Positions 42,697 through 55,380 of a DNA stretch of 64,000 nucleotides are shown here, piece by piece. The stretch comes from Gammaproteobacteria bacterium. Lineage in GTDB: Bacteria > Pseudomonadota > Gammaproteobacteria > SG8-11. The position numbers were made by a program, and so were the translations under genes. Location: positions 13,596 to 77,595 of the forward strand of contig JAHECY010000010.1 in assembly GCA_024641505.1 (NCBI GenBank), in the 5' to 3' direction. Position 1 is the first letter of the stretch, and each line of letters starts with the position of its first letter. The notes under the pieces were generated by a model that was given only the letters and a program-made list of their open reading frames with translations, was not told where the DNA came from and searched no databases.

Positions 42697-45501
42697 ATGA
42701 CTAACGAATCATCGACCATGGGACATGACAAGGACAAAAGTACGAGTGCTCCGCCGCACCGGGTGGACGAGCCCGATTTGTTCGTGAATCCGCCCAGCCT
42801 CCTCGATGATCTGGAAACTTTTCCCGAGCCTGCCGAGGACGCCGAAGAAATTGACAGCGACGACACGCCACTGGCGGCCAACGACGGCGCCTACGCCGCC
42901 ACACCCGCCGATGGCGCGCCCGTGGAACAGCCCTCCGCCGAAACCATTGACGCGGAATCCACTGCCATGACCCCGGAAATGACGGCCACCAGCAGTGCGA
43001 CCCTGGCCGCGGATGCGACAGCCTCTGAAATCCCAGAGGCATCTCAACCCACGGCAGCGCCTCAACCCGAGGTGGCGCCCCGAGCCGAGGCGACACCCCA
43101 ACCCCTGGCAGATCCCCAACCCGAGGTGGCGCTCCGGGCCGAGGCGACACCCCAACCCGTGGCAGATCCCCAACCCGAGGTGGCGCTCCGGGCCGAGGCG
43201 ACACCCCAACCCCTGGCAGATCCCCAACCCGAGGTGGCGCCCCGGTCCGATGCGGCACCGCAACCCGAGGCACCCCCCCCACCCGAGGTGGCTCCCCGAC
43301 ACGAGACGGCACCTGCGGCTGAGGCGCAAGCAGCGCCAGCCAATGCCACCGACACCGTGATGCCGGACAACATGGACGTTATGCCAACGCAGGAGAGCTC
43401 GGCTATTATGCAGACACCGGTGACACCCACGGCTGTTCCCGACGCAGCCGCCGAAAAACCGGAAATGGCAGCGGTGGATACCGGCAACAATGCAGTCGAG
43501 ATTACGGCCACGTCGACGACCCCAGAAGCATCACAGAGACCGGTACACGATCCCGCACCCCCCCCGAGTGAGCTGACGATCGACGCCAGCGTGTTCGATG
43601 ACCATCCAACCGCAAAAAATACTGGAACGGTACCCGTGCCACGCCAGACAGCGCCATGGGCCACCTCCCCTCCGCAGCCAGCGGAACCGACCATTGACGC
43701 CAGTATTTTCGATGACGATCTGCTGCCCCCACACACGACCATCACATTCCCCGGCAGCGCGCCGCGATACAGGAACGACCCGCCGCCGCCTCCCGAAAAT
43801 TTCGACGCCCCACGGGAAACTTTGCCCAAGGCACCCGCAGTAGCGCCGCCGGTGGGCGATGACGTTGCTAACAGAGCACCCGCCACCGTACAACCACCGC
43901 CGGCGCTGGTCGTCACGGATCGTTTAACACCACGCCCCGAGGCCGCGGTCACCGCGGACCAGGCTGCCGACCAGACACCAGACACCTACGAAATCGCCGA
44001 CACGGGCGCAACCACCACCGATGTCGACAAAACTTTCTTTTTTGAAGACGGCGTGCGCCGGCAACGCCTGGATTTGCTCATGCATTTCTGCATGCAATGG
44101 CATGAAGTCCTGGCACTGACGTCACCGGTCAATAACGGCAAAACAACATTCATTCATTATCTGAAGAAGCATGTTGCGGACACCCAATCCGTAAGTATTA
44201 TCACGGTGACGTCGCGCATGAACGTGGACGCCTTCATCGCCCAGGCATACCGGGCCATCATGCCCGCGCCCGGCGCTGCCGCGGACCTCGACCGTAACAA
44301 AATGGTCATGCGTATCCGCGACCAGCTGCAACAGCGATACCGCCGCAGCTTGCCGCCGCTGTTGATCCTGGACGATGCGCATCACTTGAATCCGGAACTG
44401 TTGCATGCCCTGCACGCCATGACCTACCTGACACAGCCGTTGGATGCCCTGGGCGCCAACCTGATCTTTGTGGGCAGTGAAGCGATGTTGCCCCAGGTGA
44501 ACGGAATTTTTATCCAACACCGCGTTAAAGTTCTGGATCTGCCCCGCCTGACGGAGTTGAGCGCACGACGCTTCATCCTGGCGCGCCTGACCGCCGCAGG
44601 CTTCAAGAATCCGGAAATGGTGTTCACGCAGCGGCAGACCGGCAAGCTGCTGCGCCAGACCCAGTGCCGCATTGGGCACCTGGCGGACTTGATCCATTAC
44701 AAGCTGCGCGGCCGACCGGAATTCAAGATATCCCGCGCCCGCACCACAAAGGCATGGATGAGTCGGGCCATCAAGATCCTGCTGCTGTTACCCGTGGCCG
44801 GCGCAGGCATGGTCTACCAACACGAAATCCAGAACTTTTACACGACCCATGCGGAACGCATTGGCACCCTCGTCTATCTGGCGCTCCCTGCGCTGGAACG
44901 AAGCTTGGGCCTGGGGTCCGAGACGGAAACCGCGGCGCCGAAAAACGATACCGCAGTGAAAGCTGACGCCACTGAGGATGCCCCGTCCCCGGTCAAAACC
45001 GAAGAAACATCACCGTTCGATGACGAAACCCTGTTTGTACAACCTACGAAAACCGACGACCCGAGCGCGCCCAGCGAGACGGCCACAGAGGCCACTGCAA
45101 ATGCCGACGCCGACACGCCCCCGGTGGCCGCGACCGCCATCACCGATGTGGCACCACTGAACCGTCAGCATTTATGGTTAACGCTGCAAAATCCAGCGCA
45201 CCTCACCTTGCAGATCTACGGCACCACGGACGAAACCAGTGCTCGCCAACTGATTAGCCAATATAAATTGCAGGGCAAAGCCTATTACTTTGCCTCACGC
45301 CTGCAAGGATACCTCTGGTTCAGCGTTATTTATGGCAGTTATGCGGATGAGGCCTCGGCTAAAGCCCATGTCCAGGAAGTACCGGAAACCTTGCGCAGTT
45401 TCGCCAAGATCCGCAACTTCAAAGACATGCAGGCACTGTTACTGGAGGGTCAGACCCCCGAACCCACCCCCGCCAAAGTCACCAATACTGTTAATAAATA
45501 A
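42697..45501 (+). CDS. AAA ATPase + C-terminal SPOR peptidoglycan-binding domain protein (DamX/PA5037-like) with long Pro/Ala/Glu-rich repetitive linker
   Basis: P-loop-like region around HYLKKHV...ILDDAHHL, C-terminal SPOR (LQIYGTTDETSARQLISQYKLQGKAYYFASRLQGYLWFSVIYGSYADEASAKA); located immediately upstream of gltB as in Pseudomonas. Confidence 0.8.
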   Translation: MTNESSTMGHDKDKSTSAPPHRVDEPDLFVNPPSLLDDLETFPEPAEDAEEIDSDDTPLAANDGAYAATPADGAPVEQPSAETIDAESTAMTPEMTATSSATLAADATASEIPEASQPTAAPQPEVAPRAEATPQPLADPQPEVALRAEATPQPVADPQPEVALRAEATPQPLADPQPEVAPRSDAAPQPEAPPPPEVAPRHETAPAAEAQAAPANATDTVMPDNMDVMPTQESSAIMQTPVTPTAVPDAAAEKPEMAAVDTGNNAVEITATSTTPEASQRPVHDPAPPPSELTIDASVFDDHPTAKNTGTVPVPRQTAPWATSPPQPAEPTIDASIFDDDLLPPHTTITFPGSAPRYRNDPPPPPENFDAPRETLPKAPAVAPPVGDDVANRAPATVQPPPALVVTDRLTPRPEAAVTADQAADQTPDTYEIADTGATTTDVDKTFFFEDGVRRQRLDLLMHFCMQWHEVLALTSPVNNGKTTFIHYLKKHVADTQSVSIITVTSRMNVDAFIAQAYRAIMPAPGAAADLDRNKMVMRIRDQLQQRYRRSLPPLLILDDAHHLNPELLHALHAMTYLTQPLDALGANLIFVGSEAMLPQVNGIFIQHRVKVLDLPRLTELSARRFILARLTAAGFKNPEMVFTQRQTGKLLRQTQCRIGHLADLIHYKLRGRPEFKISRARTTKAWMSRAIKILLLLPVAGAGMVYQHEIQNFYTTHAERIGTLVYLALPALERSLGLGSETETAAPKNDTAVKADATEDAPSPVKTEETSPFDDETLFVQPTKTDDPSAPSETATEATANADADTPPVAATAITDVAPLNRQHLWLTLQNPAHLTLQIYGTTDETSARQLISQYKLQGKAYYFASRLQGYLWFSVIYGSYADEASAKAHVQEVPETLRSFAKIRNFKDMQALLLEGQTPEPTPAKVTNTVNK
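43060..43275. repeat. 54-bp tandem repeat (about 3.5-4 copies) encoding PQPEVA(P/L)RAEATPQP(L/V)AD
   Basis: Units at 43060, 43114, 43168, degenerate from 43222; near-identical DNA copies. Confidence 0.9.
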
Positions 45502-45662
45502 AAGGTATATTGCCTGAGTCAACGATCTGTCGACAGCAATTGAACCTTACCAGGCAGGGCTGTATACTTTTGGGCCATTTTGCCCTGGTTTTGCGTGGCG
45601 TAAAATGCAACCATACTGAAAAATAACGATATATTCATTGTAGTCGGGAAGGTAGTATTACC

Positions 45663-48600
45663 GTGACAAGCAGCAACAGCAGACAACCTCAGGGGGGTGT
45701 ATACCGCCCGGAATTCGAAAAGGACAGTTGTGGCTTCGGGCTGATCGCCCAGATGGACGACAAACCCAGCCATTGGCTGGTAAAAACCGCCATCGGCGCC
45801 TTAACCCGCTTGACCCACCGGGGGGCCATTGCCGCCGACGGTAAATCCGGGGACGGCTGTGGTCTGTTGCTAAAAAAACCCGACGGTTTCCTGCGCGTCA
45901 TCGCCAAAGACCTGGGCATCTCCCTGGCGGCAAATTATGCCACCGGCATGGTGTTCCTGAACCAAGACTCCAAACTGGCGGACCATGCCCGTGACCGACT
46001 GGCCACGGAAGTGGCGGGCCAGGGCCTCACCGTGGCCGGTTGGCGCCGCGTCCCTGTCGATCCCAGCGCTTGTGGCGAAGAAGCCTTGCGCACCCTGCCG
46101 CGCATCGAACAGATATTTATCAATAGCCCGGACGCGCTGAGCGCGGAAGATTTCGAACGACGTCTGTTCATCGCCCGACGCAAAACCGAAAAACAGATTC
46201 CCAAGGAAGATCAGGTATTCTACGTTCCCAGTTTATCGTCCCGGGTACTGTCTTATAAGGGCCTGGTGATGCCGGCCTACCTGCCCGTGTTTTATCAGGA
46301 CCTGAACAATGAAGCCCTGGCCGCCAGTTTATGCGTGTTCCATCAACGTTTTTCCACCAACACCTGGCCTCAGTGGCGCCTGGCGCAACCATTTCGTCAC
46401 CTGGCCCATAACGGCGAGATCAATACCATCCAGGGCAATCGTTACTGGTCCATCGCCCGGGGGCGCAAGTTCAATACGCCGCTGATCCCGAACATGGATG
46501 ACATCCTGCCGTTGGTGTCCATGACGGGTTCCGACTCCAACACCCTGGACAATATGCTCGAGGTGCTGCTGGCCGGCGGCATGAATCTGTTTCGCGCGAT
46601 GCGACTGTTGATCCCGCCAGCCTGGCAGAATGTCTCCAACATGGACCCCAATCTGCGCGCTTTTTACGAATACAATTCCATGCATATGGAGCCCTGGGAC
46701 GGCCCCGCGGGCATCGTGCTCACCGACGGCCGTTACGCCGCCTGCAGCATGGACCGCAATGGCCTGCGTCCCGCCCGCTGGGTAGTCACCAAGGACCGGC
46801 ACATTACCCTGGCCTCGGAAATCGGCGTTTATGACTATGCGCCGCAGGATGTGGTGATGAAGGGCCGCTTGAAACCGGGTCAGATGATCGCCGCCGACAC
46901 CCAGACCGGCGAATTATTGCTGCCGGAAAATATCGACCAACAACTGGCCGGGCGTCAGCCTTATAAGAAATGGATGGCGCTACATACACGCACCATCGAG
47001 TCCAAACTGGAAGCGGATAACAATGCCCATAAACTGGACAAGACCCAGATCCAGGTGTACCAGAAGCTGTTCCAAGTAAGTTTCGAGGAACGAGACCAGG
47101 TATTGCGGGTGGCCGCCGAAGGCGGTCAGGAAGCGGTAGGCTCCATGGGAGATGACACGCCGACACCGGTGCTGTCGCGCCAGATTCGCTCCCTGTATGA
47201 CTACTTCCGCCAGCAGTTTGCCCAGGTAACCAATCCGCCCATTGATCCGATCCGGGAACAGATCGTAATGTCGCTGGAAACCTGCCTGGGCCGGGAAAAA
47301 AACATGTTCGAGGAAACCCCAGAACATGCGGCCCGACTGTTGATCGACTCCCCAGTACTGTCCACCAGCCGTTTCGATCAACTGCTGCAGCTGAACAATC
47401 CGGAATATGCCACGGCCCAGATCGATTTGAATTATGCGCTAGGCGAAAGCCTGGAAGCGGCGATCCGCAACGTGACGGACCAGGCGGTCGCGGCCGTGCG
47501 CAAGGGCAAGGTGATGCTGGTGCTGACGGACCGTCACATCGCGCAGGACCGGGTACCCATGCACGCCCTGCTGGCCACCGGCGCCGTGCACCACCGCTTG
47601 ATTGCCGAATGTCTGCGCTGTGACGCCAACATCATTGTGGAAACCGCCACCGCTCGTGATCCGCACCATTTCGCGGTACTGATCGGTTATGGCGCCACGG
47701 CCATTCACCCCTACCTGGCCTATGAATGCATCAATGACATGACCCATAGCGGTGAAATCCAGGGACATGATGTCGGAGTGTTGTTGCAAAACTATCGCAA
47801 GAGCATCAATAAGGGCTTGTATAAGATCACCTCAAAAATGGGGATCTCCACCATCAGCAGCTACCGGGGTGCGCAATTGTTCGAGGCCGTGGGCCTTAAC
47901 CAGAACGTGGTCGACCTGTGTTTCATGGGCACCACCAGCCGCCTGCAGGGCGCCCACTTCGATGACTTGCATGGGGATCTGCTGCAATTGGCGCGCGACG
48001 CCTGGAGCAGCCGCAAGCAACCCTCGCAAGGGGGACTGTTGAAATACATCCATGGCGGTGAAGACCATGCTTACAATCCCGACGTAGTGCAGACTCTGCA
48101 GCAAGCGGTGCGCTCCGGCGACTACGCGGACTATAAAGTGTATGCGAATCTGGTCAATACGCGACCCGCGCTCGCCCTGCGCGATCTGCTCAAACTGCGG
48201 GACGATACCCGGGCCATACCGTTGGAACAGGTAGAAGCCATCGAAGCGATTACACCACGCTTCGACAGCGCCGCCATGTCTCTGGGCGCCCTGTCGCCGG
48301 AGGCCCATGAAACCCTGGCGCAGGCCATGAACAAACTGGGTGGCCGTTCCAATTCCGGGGAAGGCGGCGAAGACCCGGCACGCTACGGCACCGACAAACG
48401 CTCCAAGATCAAGCAAGTGGCTTCCGGCCGCTTCGGCGTGACACCCGCGTACCTGGCCAGCGCTGACGTGCTGCAAATCAAGGTCGCCCAGGGCGCCAAG
48501 CCCGGGGAAGGCGGTCAGTTGCCGGGGCACAAGGTCAACGACCTGATCGCCACCCTGCGCTACTGCAAACCCGGCGTATCCCTGATTTCGCCACCGCCAC

Positions 48601-50138
48601 ACCACGATATCTATTCCATCGAAGACCTGGCGCAACTGATTTTCGACTTGAAGCAGGTCAATCCCAAGGCTCTGGTGTCCGTGAAACTGGTGGCCGAAGC
48701 CGGTGTCGGCACCATCGCCGCGGGCGTCGCCAAGGCCTACGCGGACCTGATCACCATTGCCGGCCATGACGGCGGCACCGGCGCCAGTCCGCTGACCTCG
48801 GTGAAATATGCCGGCAGCCCCTGGGAACTGGGCTTGACCGAAACGCAACTGGCGCTGCGCGCCAACGACCTGCGGGACAAGGTGCGACTGCAGACCGACG
48901 GTGGCCTGAAGACCGGCCTGGATGTGATCAAAGCCGCGATTCTGGGCGCGGAAAGCTTCGGTTTCGGCACCGGCCCGATGGTGGCCCTGGGCTGCAAATA
49001 CTTGCGCATCTGTCACCTGAACAATTGCGCCACCGGCATCGCCACTCAGGACAAGGTATTGCGTCTGGAGCATTTCGTCGGCAAGGTGGACATGGTGGTA
49101 AATTACTTCCGTTTTATTGCCCAGGAAGTGCGCGAATGGATGGCGCAACTGGGTATTGCCCGGTTCGAGGATTTGATCGGGCGCACCGACTTGTTACAGC
49201 AATTGCCGGGAACCACCGGCAAGCAAGCGCGCCTGGATCTGTCGCCGTTACTGGCGGACGGTGGCGTGCCCAAGGACAAACCTCGATTTTGCCAGACACC
49301 GCGCAATGAACCTTTCGATAAGGGGGAACTGGCGGAACAAATGGTGCGCGATGCTCTGCCCGCCATCATCGACAAAACCGGCGGCAACTTCGACTACGCG
49401 ATCAGTAACACGCACCGCTCCATCGGCGCACGTCTGTCCGGAGAAATCGCCAGCCGTCACGGCAACCTGGGTATGGAAGACACCCCGATCACCCTGCGCC
49501 TCAAAGGCATCGCCGGGCAAAGCCTGGGTGTATGGAACGCCGGCGGCTTGCATATCTATCTGGAAGGCGACGCCAATGACTACGTGGGCAAAGGCATGGC
49601 CGGCGGCAAACTGGTGCTGTATCCGCCCACGGAACGCTCGTTCAAAAGCCACGACACGCCGATCATGGGCAACACCTGCCTGTACGGCGCCACCGGTGGC
49701 CGCTTGTATGCCGCGGGTCTGGCGGGCGAGCGCTTCTGCGTGCGCAACTCCGGGGCCACCGCGGTGGTGGAAGGGCTGGGCGATCACGGTTGCGAATACA
49801 TGACCGGCGGCGTCACCGTGGTGCTGGGCGCCACCGGCAGCAATTTCGGCGCGGGCATGACCGGCGGCTTCGCCTACGTCCTGGACGAAACCAATCGCTT
49901 CACCGATTGTTTCAATTCGGAATCCATCGACATTCACCGCATCAACACCGAAGCCACGGAAGCCTATCGCAACCATCTGCGTGAGCTGATCGGCGAGTTC
50001 GTACGCGAGACCGGCAGCGAAAAGGGCCAGCACATTCTCGACAACTTCGTGGACATGATCGGCAAGTTCTGGCTGGTCAAACCCAAGGCGCTGGAATTGA
50101 AGTCATTGCTGGACGACCTGCACAAGCGGGCCGCCTGA
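45663..50138 (+). CDS. gltB: glutamate synthase (NADPH) large subunit
   Basis: 1491 aa; N-terminal amidotransferase Cys (DSCGFGLIA), FMN and 3Fe-4S regions. Confidence 0.97.
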   Translation: MTSSNSRQPQGGVYRPEFEKDSCGFGLIAQMDDKPSHWLVKTAIGALTRLTHRGAIAADGKSGDGCGLLLKKPDGFLRVIAKDLGISLAANYATGMVFLNQDSKLADHARDRLATEVAGQGLTVAGWRRVPVDPSACGEEALRTLPRIEQIFINSPDALSAEDFERRLFIARRKTEKQIPKEDQVFYVPSLSSRVLSYKGLVMPAYLPVFYQDLNNEALAASLCVFHQRFSTNTWPQWRLAQPFRHLAHNGEINTIQGNRYWSIARGRKFNTPLIPNMDDILPLVSMTGSDSNTLDNMLEVLLAGGMNLFRAMRLLIPPAWQNVSNMDPNLRAFYEYNSMHMEPWDGPAGIVLTDGRYAACSMDRNGLRPARWVVTKDRHITLASEIGVYDYAPQDVVMKGRLKPGQMIAADTQTGELLLPENIDQQLAGRQPYKKWMALHTRTIESKLEADNNAHKLDKTQIQVYQKLFQVSFEERDQVLRVAAEGGQEAVGSMGDDTPTPVLSRQIRSLYDYFRQQFAQVTNPPIDPIREQIVMSLETCLGREKNMFEETPEHAARLLIDSPVLSTSRFDQLLQLNNPEYATAQIDLNYALGESLEAAIRNVTDQAVAAVRKGKVMLVLTDRHIAQDRVPMHALLATGAVHHRLIAECLRCDANIIVETATARDPHHFAVLIGYGATAIHPYLAYECINDMTHSGEIQGHDVGVLLQNYRKSINKGLYKITSKMGISTISSYRGAQLFEAVGLNQNVVDLCFMGTTSRLQGAHFDDLHGDLLQLARDAWSSRKQPSQGGLLKYIHGGEDHAYNPDVVQTLQQAVRSGDYADYKVYANLVNTRPALALRDLLKLRDDTRAIPLEQVEAIEAITPRFDSAAMSLGALSPEAHETLAQAMNKLGGRSNSGEGGEDPARYGTDKRSKIKQVASGRFGVTPAYLASADVLQIKVAQGAKPGEGGQLPGHKVNDLIATLRYCKPGVSLISPPPHHDIYSIEDLAQLIFDLKQVNPKALVSVKLVAEAGVGTIAAGVAKAYADLITIAGHDGGTGASPLTSVKYAGSPWELGLTETQLALRANDLRDKVRLQTDGGLKTGLDVIKAAILGAESFGFGTGPMVALGCKYLRICHLNNCATGIATQDKVLRLEHFVGKVDMVVNYFRFIAQEVREWMAQLGIARFEDLIGRTDLLQQLPGTTGKQARLDLSPLLADGGVPKDKPRFCQTPRNEPFDKGELAEQMVRDALPAIIDKTGGNFDYAISNTHRSIGARLSGEIASRHGNLGMEDTPITLRLKGIAGQSLGVWNAGGLHIYLEGDANDYVGKGMAGGKLVLYPPTERSFKSHDTPIMGNTCLYGATGGRLYAAGLAGERFCVRNSGATAVVEGLGDHGCEYMTGGVTVVLGATGSNFGAGMTGGFAYVLDETNRFTDCFNSESIDIHRINTEATEAYRNHLRELIGEFVRETGSEKGQHILDNFVDMIGKFWLVKPKALELKSLLDDLHKRAA

Positions 50139-51578
<1,440 letters not shown>

Positions 51579-51622
51579 GTCCCTGTTGTGTTCAAGGCCA
51601 GCTTTCCGGTAACGTGTAAGCC

Positions 51623-52735
51623 ATGGATATCAATACACTATTAGACTACCTGCAACCGATCGTCGGCCTGTTCGGCGAGCATCCGTTCGTCAAGGCGGTG
51701 TTGATCATCGGCATCGCTTTCGGCATCGCCAAGTCACTGGCATTTTTCATGGCCAGAGTTATCGGCAATTTAGTGGCGCGCAGCGGCAATCACCTGGACG
51801 ACGCTATCATTTCGCTGTTGCGCCTGCCTCTGTTCTGGACGGTAATCCTGGTGGGCGTATTGGCCGCGGCGGCAGTACTGAAACTGCCGGCATCGGTATT
51901 GGGTTTCATCCAATCGTTGACCGCCACCACCATGATCATCATCTGGTCGCTGTTCACCGGGCGGTTACTGCGCGTACTACTGCGCGCCATGAGCAGACGC
52001 GCCAACTCCCATGCCCTGATTCGCCCGCAAACGCTGCCGCTGTTTGATAATATCGCTCTGATCCTGGTGATCTCGCTGGCGATCTACTTTATTTTCCAGT
52101 CCTGGAATATCGACATGACCGCGTGGCTGGCCTCCGCCGGCATCGTCGGTATCGCGGTCGGCTTCGCCGCCAAGGATACCCTGGCCAATTTGTTTTCCGG
52201 CGTGTTTATTCTGGCGGACGGGCCCTACAAAATCGGCGACTACGTGGTACTGGAAAATGGTATGCGCGGCAAGGTCACGCAGATCGGCATTCGCAGCACG
52301 CGTTTGCTGACTCGGGATGATGTAGAAGTCACCATACCCAATTCCATTATCGGCAATACCAGCGTCATCAACGAGTCCGGCGGCCCTCATGAGAAATTTC
52401 GCATTGCGGTGAAAGTCAGTGTCGCCTACGGCTCCGACATCGATCAGGTTCGGAAAATTCTGGAGACCATCGCAGAGCGCGACACCGGAGTATGCCGTGA
52501 CCCGGAACCGCGGGTGCGCTTCCGCACGTTTGGCGCTTCCGGGCTGGATTTTGAGCTGCTGGTGTGGGTGGAAAACCCGGAACTGCGCGGGCGCGCACTG
52601 GATGCGCTGAACAGCGCGGTGTATAAGCAATTCACGACCGCCGGCATCGAAATCCCGTACAGCAAGCACGATGTGTATATCAAGGCGATGCCGACGACAC
52701 CGGTGAATCCTCCGACAAAACCGCAGCCGGATTGA
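51623..52735 (+). CDS. mechanosensitive ion channel (MscS family) protein
   Basis: 370 aa; TM helices then MscS beta-domain GDYVVLENGMRGKVTQIGIRSTRLLTRDDVEVTIPNS. Confidence 0.85.
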   Translation: MDINTLLDYLQPIVGLFGEHPFVKAVLIIGIAFGIAKSLAFFMARVIGNLVARSGNHLDDAIISLLRLPLFWTVILVGVLAAAAVLKLPASVLGFIQSLTATTMIIIWSLFTGRLLRVLLRAMSRRANSHALIRPQTLPLFDNIALILVISLAIYFIFQSWNIDMTAWLASAGIVGIAVGFAAKDTLANLFSGVFILADGPYKIGDYVVLENGMRGKVTQIGIRSTRLLTRDDVEVTIPNSIIGNTSVINESGGPHEKFRIAVKVSVAYGSDIDQVRKILETIAERDTGVCRDPEPRVRFRTFGASGLDFELLVWVENPELRGRALDALNSAVYKQFTTAGIEIPYSKHDVYIKAMPTTPVNPPTKPQPD

Positions 52736-52779
52736 AGGCAACAGCACTCGCCAGCGATCGGGACCCATCAACAAGAGCA

Positions 52780-52925
52780 GGCACCTCATTAACAAAATCC
52801 GGTACGTTGTGCGCAGGCTGCAATTGGGCCAGTGCGTAGGATGCGTACAACGCACCTCTTTTGCCCTGACTTCCATGGCTTCGTTTGCAATGGAAAACGG
52901 TGCGTAACGCGCACCCTACGCTCCC
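52780..52925. repeat. REP-like palindrome cluster (GGTACGTTGTGCGCA/TGCGTACAACGCACC pair; GGAAAACGGTGCGTAACGCGCACCCTACGC copy of the 21.2-kb REP family)
   Basis: Read directly in the mscS/transglutaminase intergenic region. Confidence 0.75.
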
Positions 52926-53014
52926 GAGTTACCCCTGGCTGCTCGGTTCATCGGCGTTTAAATTTCCGTGACACCCGCCGATAGTAAGGTACGGGTACCG
53001 AGAATATTGCCATA

Positions 53015-54607
53015 ATGAAACTCTGGATTATTACATTGCCTGCCCTGGTGTTATTGCTGGGCCTGTCCACCGCCGTCGCCGACCGTGCGGATGTGTATGC
53101 GCGCATGGATGAAATCGCCTTGAGCGCCCCCCCGGAGGTCACTGGTTCGGTCGCAACCCTGACCGATTACCTGATCTCCGAAGCCAAAACCGACCTGCAG
53201 AAAGCCCGGGCTATCTACCGTTGGATCACCCACAACATCGCGTATGACGCTAATGCCTATGTCAGCGGCCACATTCGGGACGTCAATATCAAACCGGAAT
53301 CCGTGCTTAAAAACCGCGTAACAGTGTGTGACGGCTATGCGCGCCTGTTTGAAGCCATGGGTAAACGCGCCGGTCTGGGCGTGGAACGGATTACGGGCAC
53401 TGCCAAGGGTTATTCTTTTGATCCCGGCGCCGATTTAAAACGGGCCAACCATGCATGGAACGGCGTGGAACTTGAAGGCGCATGGTATCTGGTCGACGCC
53501 ACCTGGGGCGCCGGCTATGTTGATCCCATGAGCCACGAGTTTGTGCCCGCATTCAATGAGTTTTTCTTTTTGACCACACCGGATCAGTTCAAGTACAGCC
53601 ATTACCCGGATCAGCAGATCTGGCAACTTGTGGAAAAACCGGTGTCGTTCAAGGAGTTCGCATCTTACGTGGACATCCGGCCAGCTTTCTTTCAGAATCG
53701 CATGGGGCTGGTGGATGCAACGAACAATACCTTGCGCACCAAAGGCGACCTGGATATCCGCTTGAAAGCGCCGCCGGAAACACTGGTCACGGCCGTGCTC
53801 GTCAAAGACAATACGGCTCTGCCCAGTAATCATCAGTTTTGGCAACGCACCGGCGATACTTACCTGGGCAGGCTGGCGCTGCCAGGCGCAGGCCATTATG
53901 AACTGCAGATATTCGCCAAGGCCAAGACCGATCCCGGCAAGTATCCGGTTGCGCTGATTTACCAAATCGACGCCAGTGGCGCTTCGCAACGCACCTTCCC
54001 CCTGCTGCACCCGGCATTTTTCGACTACGGCCTGGAACTCGTTTCCCACCGGGAAGGAACCATCGAAACTCAATCTCAGGTCGATATCATCCTGGCCAAC
54101 ACCGGCAACGCCTTCATCACTGCGCGCCTGCTGGAACGGGGAGAAACACTACCGTTAAATCTCATCGCCATACAGCGCAAGGCGGACACGGTCATCGCCA
54201 GGGTATTGCTGCCCTTCAAAGGCAAATACCAGCTACAATTGTTTGCCTCAGCCCTGGCGGACCAGCCGGCGCAACTGGCGGCTGAATACACGATTCACAG
54301 CAGCACCGGCGCCGGCAAAGCGGCAAGCTTTCCACTGTTCTTCAGCGCCTACATGCAACAGAGCGCGGAATTGTTGCAACCCATGCACGGCACGCTTAAA
54401 AGCTATCAGGAAGAGGAATTCAAGATTATGGCACCGGGCGCCAGCCGTATCGCCGTGGTCATCAACAATGAATGGCACTATCTAACCAAGCAGGATGACT
54501 TGTTTACCGGCGTGATTCCCGTGACCAGCGGCGTGGTAAAACTGGTCGGCAGTTTCGGCGGCAACTCGGACCAGTTTCAGGTACTGGCGCAATTTGACGC
54601 CATCTAG
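53015..54607 (+). CDS. secreted transglutaminase-like cysteine protease superfamily protein
   Basis: Signal peptide; catalytic triad context VCDGYARLF (Cys), NHAWNGV (His), YLVDATWG (Asp). Confidence 0.8.
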   Translation: MKLWIITLPALVLLLGLSTAVADRADVYARMDEIALSAPPEVTGSVATLTDYLISEAKTDLQKARAIYRWITHNIAYDANAYVSGHIRDVNIKPESVLKNRVTVCDGYARLFEAMGKRAGLGVERITGTAKGYSFDPGADLKRANHAWNGVELEGAWYLVDATWGAGYVDPMSHEFVPAFNEFFFLTTPDQFKYSHYPDQQIWQLVEKPVSFKEFASYVDIRPAFFQNRMGLVDATNNTLRTKGDLDIRLKAPPETLVTAVLVKDNTALPSNHQFWQRTGDTYLGRLALPGAGHYELQIFAKAKTDPGKYPVALIYQIDASGASQRTFPLLHPAFFDYGLELVSHREGTIETQSQVDIILANTGNAFITARLLERGETLPLNLIAIQRKADTVIARVLLPFKGKYQLQLFASALADQPAQLAAEYTIHSSTGAGKAASFPLFFSAYMQQSAELLQPMHGTLKSYQEEEFKIMAPGASRIAVVINNEWHYLTKQDDLFTGVIPVTSGVVKLVGSFGGNSDQFQVLAQFDAI

Positions 54608-55380
54608 GGATTCAGATCACGGTACACCAGTTCCGCCGCGCGCAGCAATGCGGCTTTATCCACTTCCCCTGACAATGCATAACCCACGGATCCGTCGATC
54701 CAGTAGAACACAGCGACTTTTTCCTGCGAACTGTATCGAAAAGCAGTGGCTTCCGCACCGTGTGCCTCCTGAGTGCGTACATATAAGGTCAAGCGCCGGC
54801 CACCGGCATCCTGATACATAAACTGGGCCGCGGGTCGGTCCTGATCCGGCAACAGGCGACCGCCAACCAAATCATACCCTATTGCCTGGAGATGCGGCAC
54901 GCGCACCTCGGTGCCCAATCGTTTCGACAGCCAGTTGACCAGATGCGCTTCCTGTTCCACCCCCACTTCCACCGGATGCAACACTTCCGGCGTATACACC
55001 ACATGCGCTATGGCGGCGCGCTGCGGCAAGGTCGCCAGCGCCGGTAATTCCGACTGTGCCATCCGGTAACCATGTAGCAACCAACCACCTGCACCACCGA
55101 CCACCAGCCAGGTCACTGCCGCCGCCGCGGCCCACGGTAAAGCGGGACGCCGATGACGCCGCGCCGTCACTTGTAATTGGCTCGGCACCGGTTCATCGAG
55201 CACGGCATCGAACATGGAATGCATCAGCGCATTTTGCTTGCGGTAACTCTCCAGGCGCACGACGTCTTCCGGGTGTGCCGCCAACCACTCCGCCACGGCC
55301 TGACGCCGATTATCATCCAGCCTGCCATCCACGTAGGCATGCAATTCATCTTCGCGTATGGGTTTACTACCGTAACTCAT
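54604..55380 (-). CDS. anti-sigma factor (membrane-spanning, N-terminal anti-sigma domain)
   Basis: N-terminus IREDELHAYVDGRLDDNRRQAVAEWL typical of RskA/ChrR-type anti-sigma; central TM; ATGA overlap with upstream ECF sigma. Confidence 0.75.
   Translation of the reverse strand: MSYGSKPIREDELHAYVDGRLDDNRRQAVAEWLAAHPEDVVRLESYRKQNALMHSMFDAVLDEPVPSQLQVTARRHRRPALPWAAAAAVTWLVVGGAGGWLLHGYRMAQSELPALATLPQRAAIAHVVYTPEVLHPVEVGVEQEAHLVNWLSKRLGTEVRVPHLQAIGYDLVGGRLLPDQDRPAAQFMYQDAGGRRLTLYVRTQEAHGAEATAFRYSSQEKVAVFYWIDGSVGYALSGEVDKAALLRAAELVYRDLNP

Noticed and set aside
42701-43329. Two overlapping minus-strand ORFs (203 and 206 aa) rich in G/P/R repeats
   Set aside because: They are the antisense reading of the 54-bp tandem repeat inside the AAA-SPOR gene; their periodicity comes from that repeat, not from a gene.
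47832-49148. 438-aa minus-strand ORF inside gltB (and similar long antisense ORFs at 48737-49009, 49248-50033, 50475-51542 in gltB/gltD)
   Set aside because: Antisense to strongly supported glutamate synthase genes; Ala/Gly/Arg-rich translation is typical of high-GC antisense frames.
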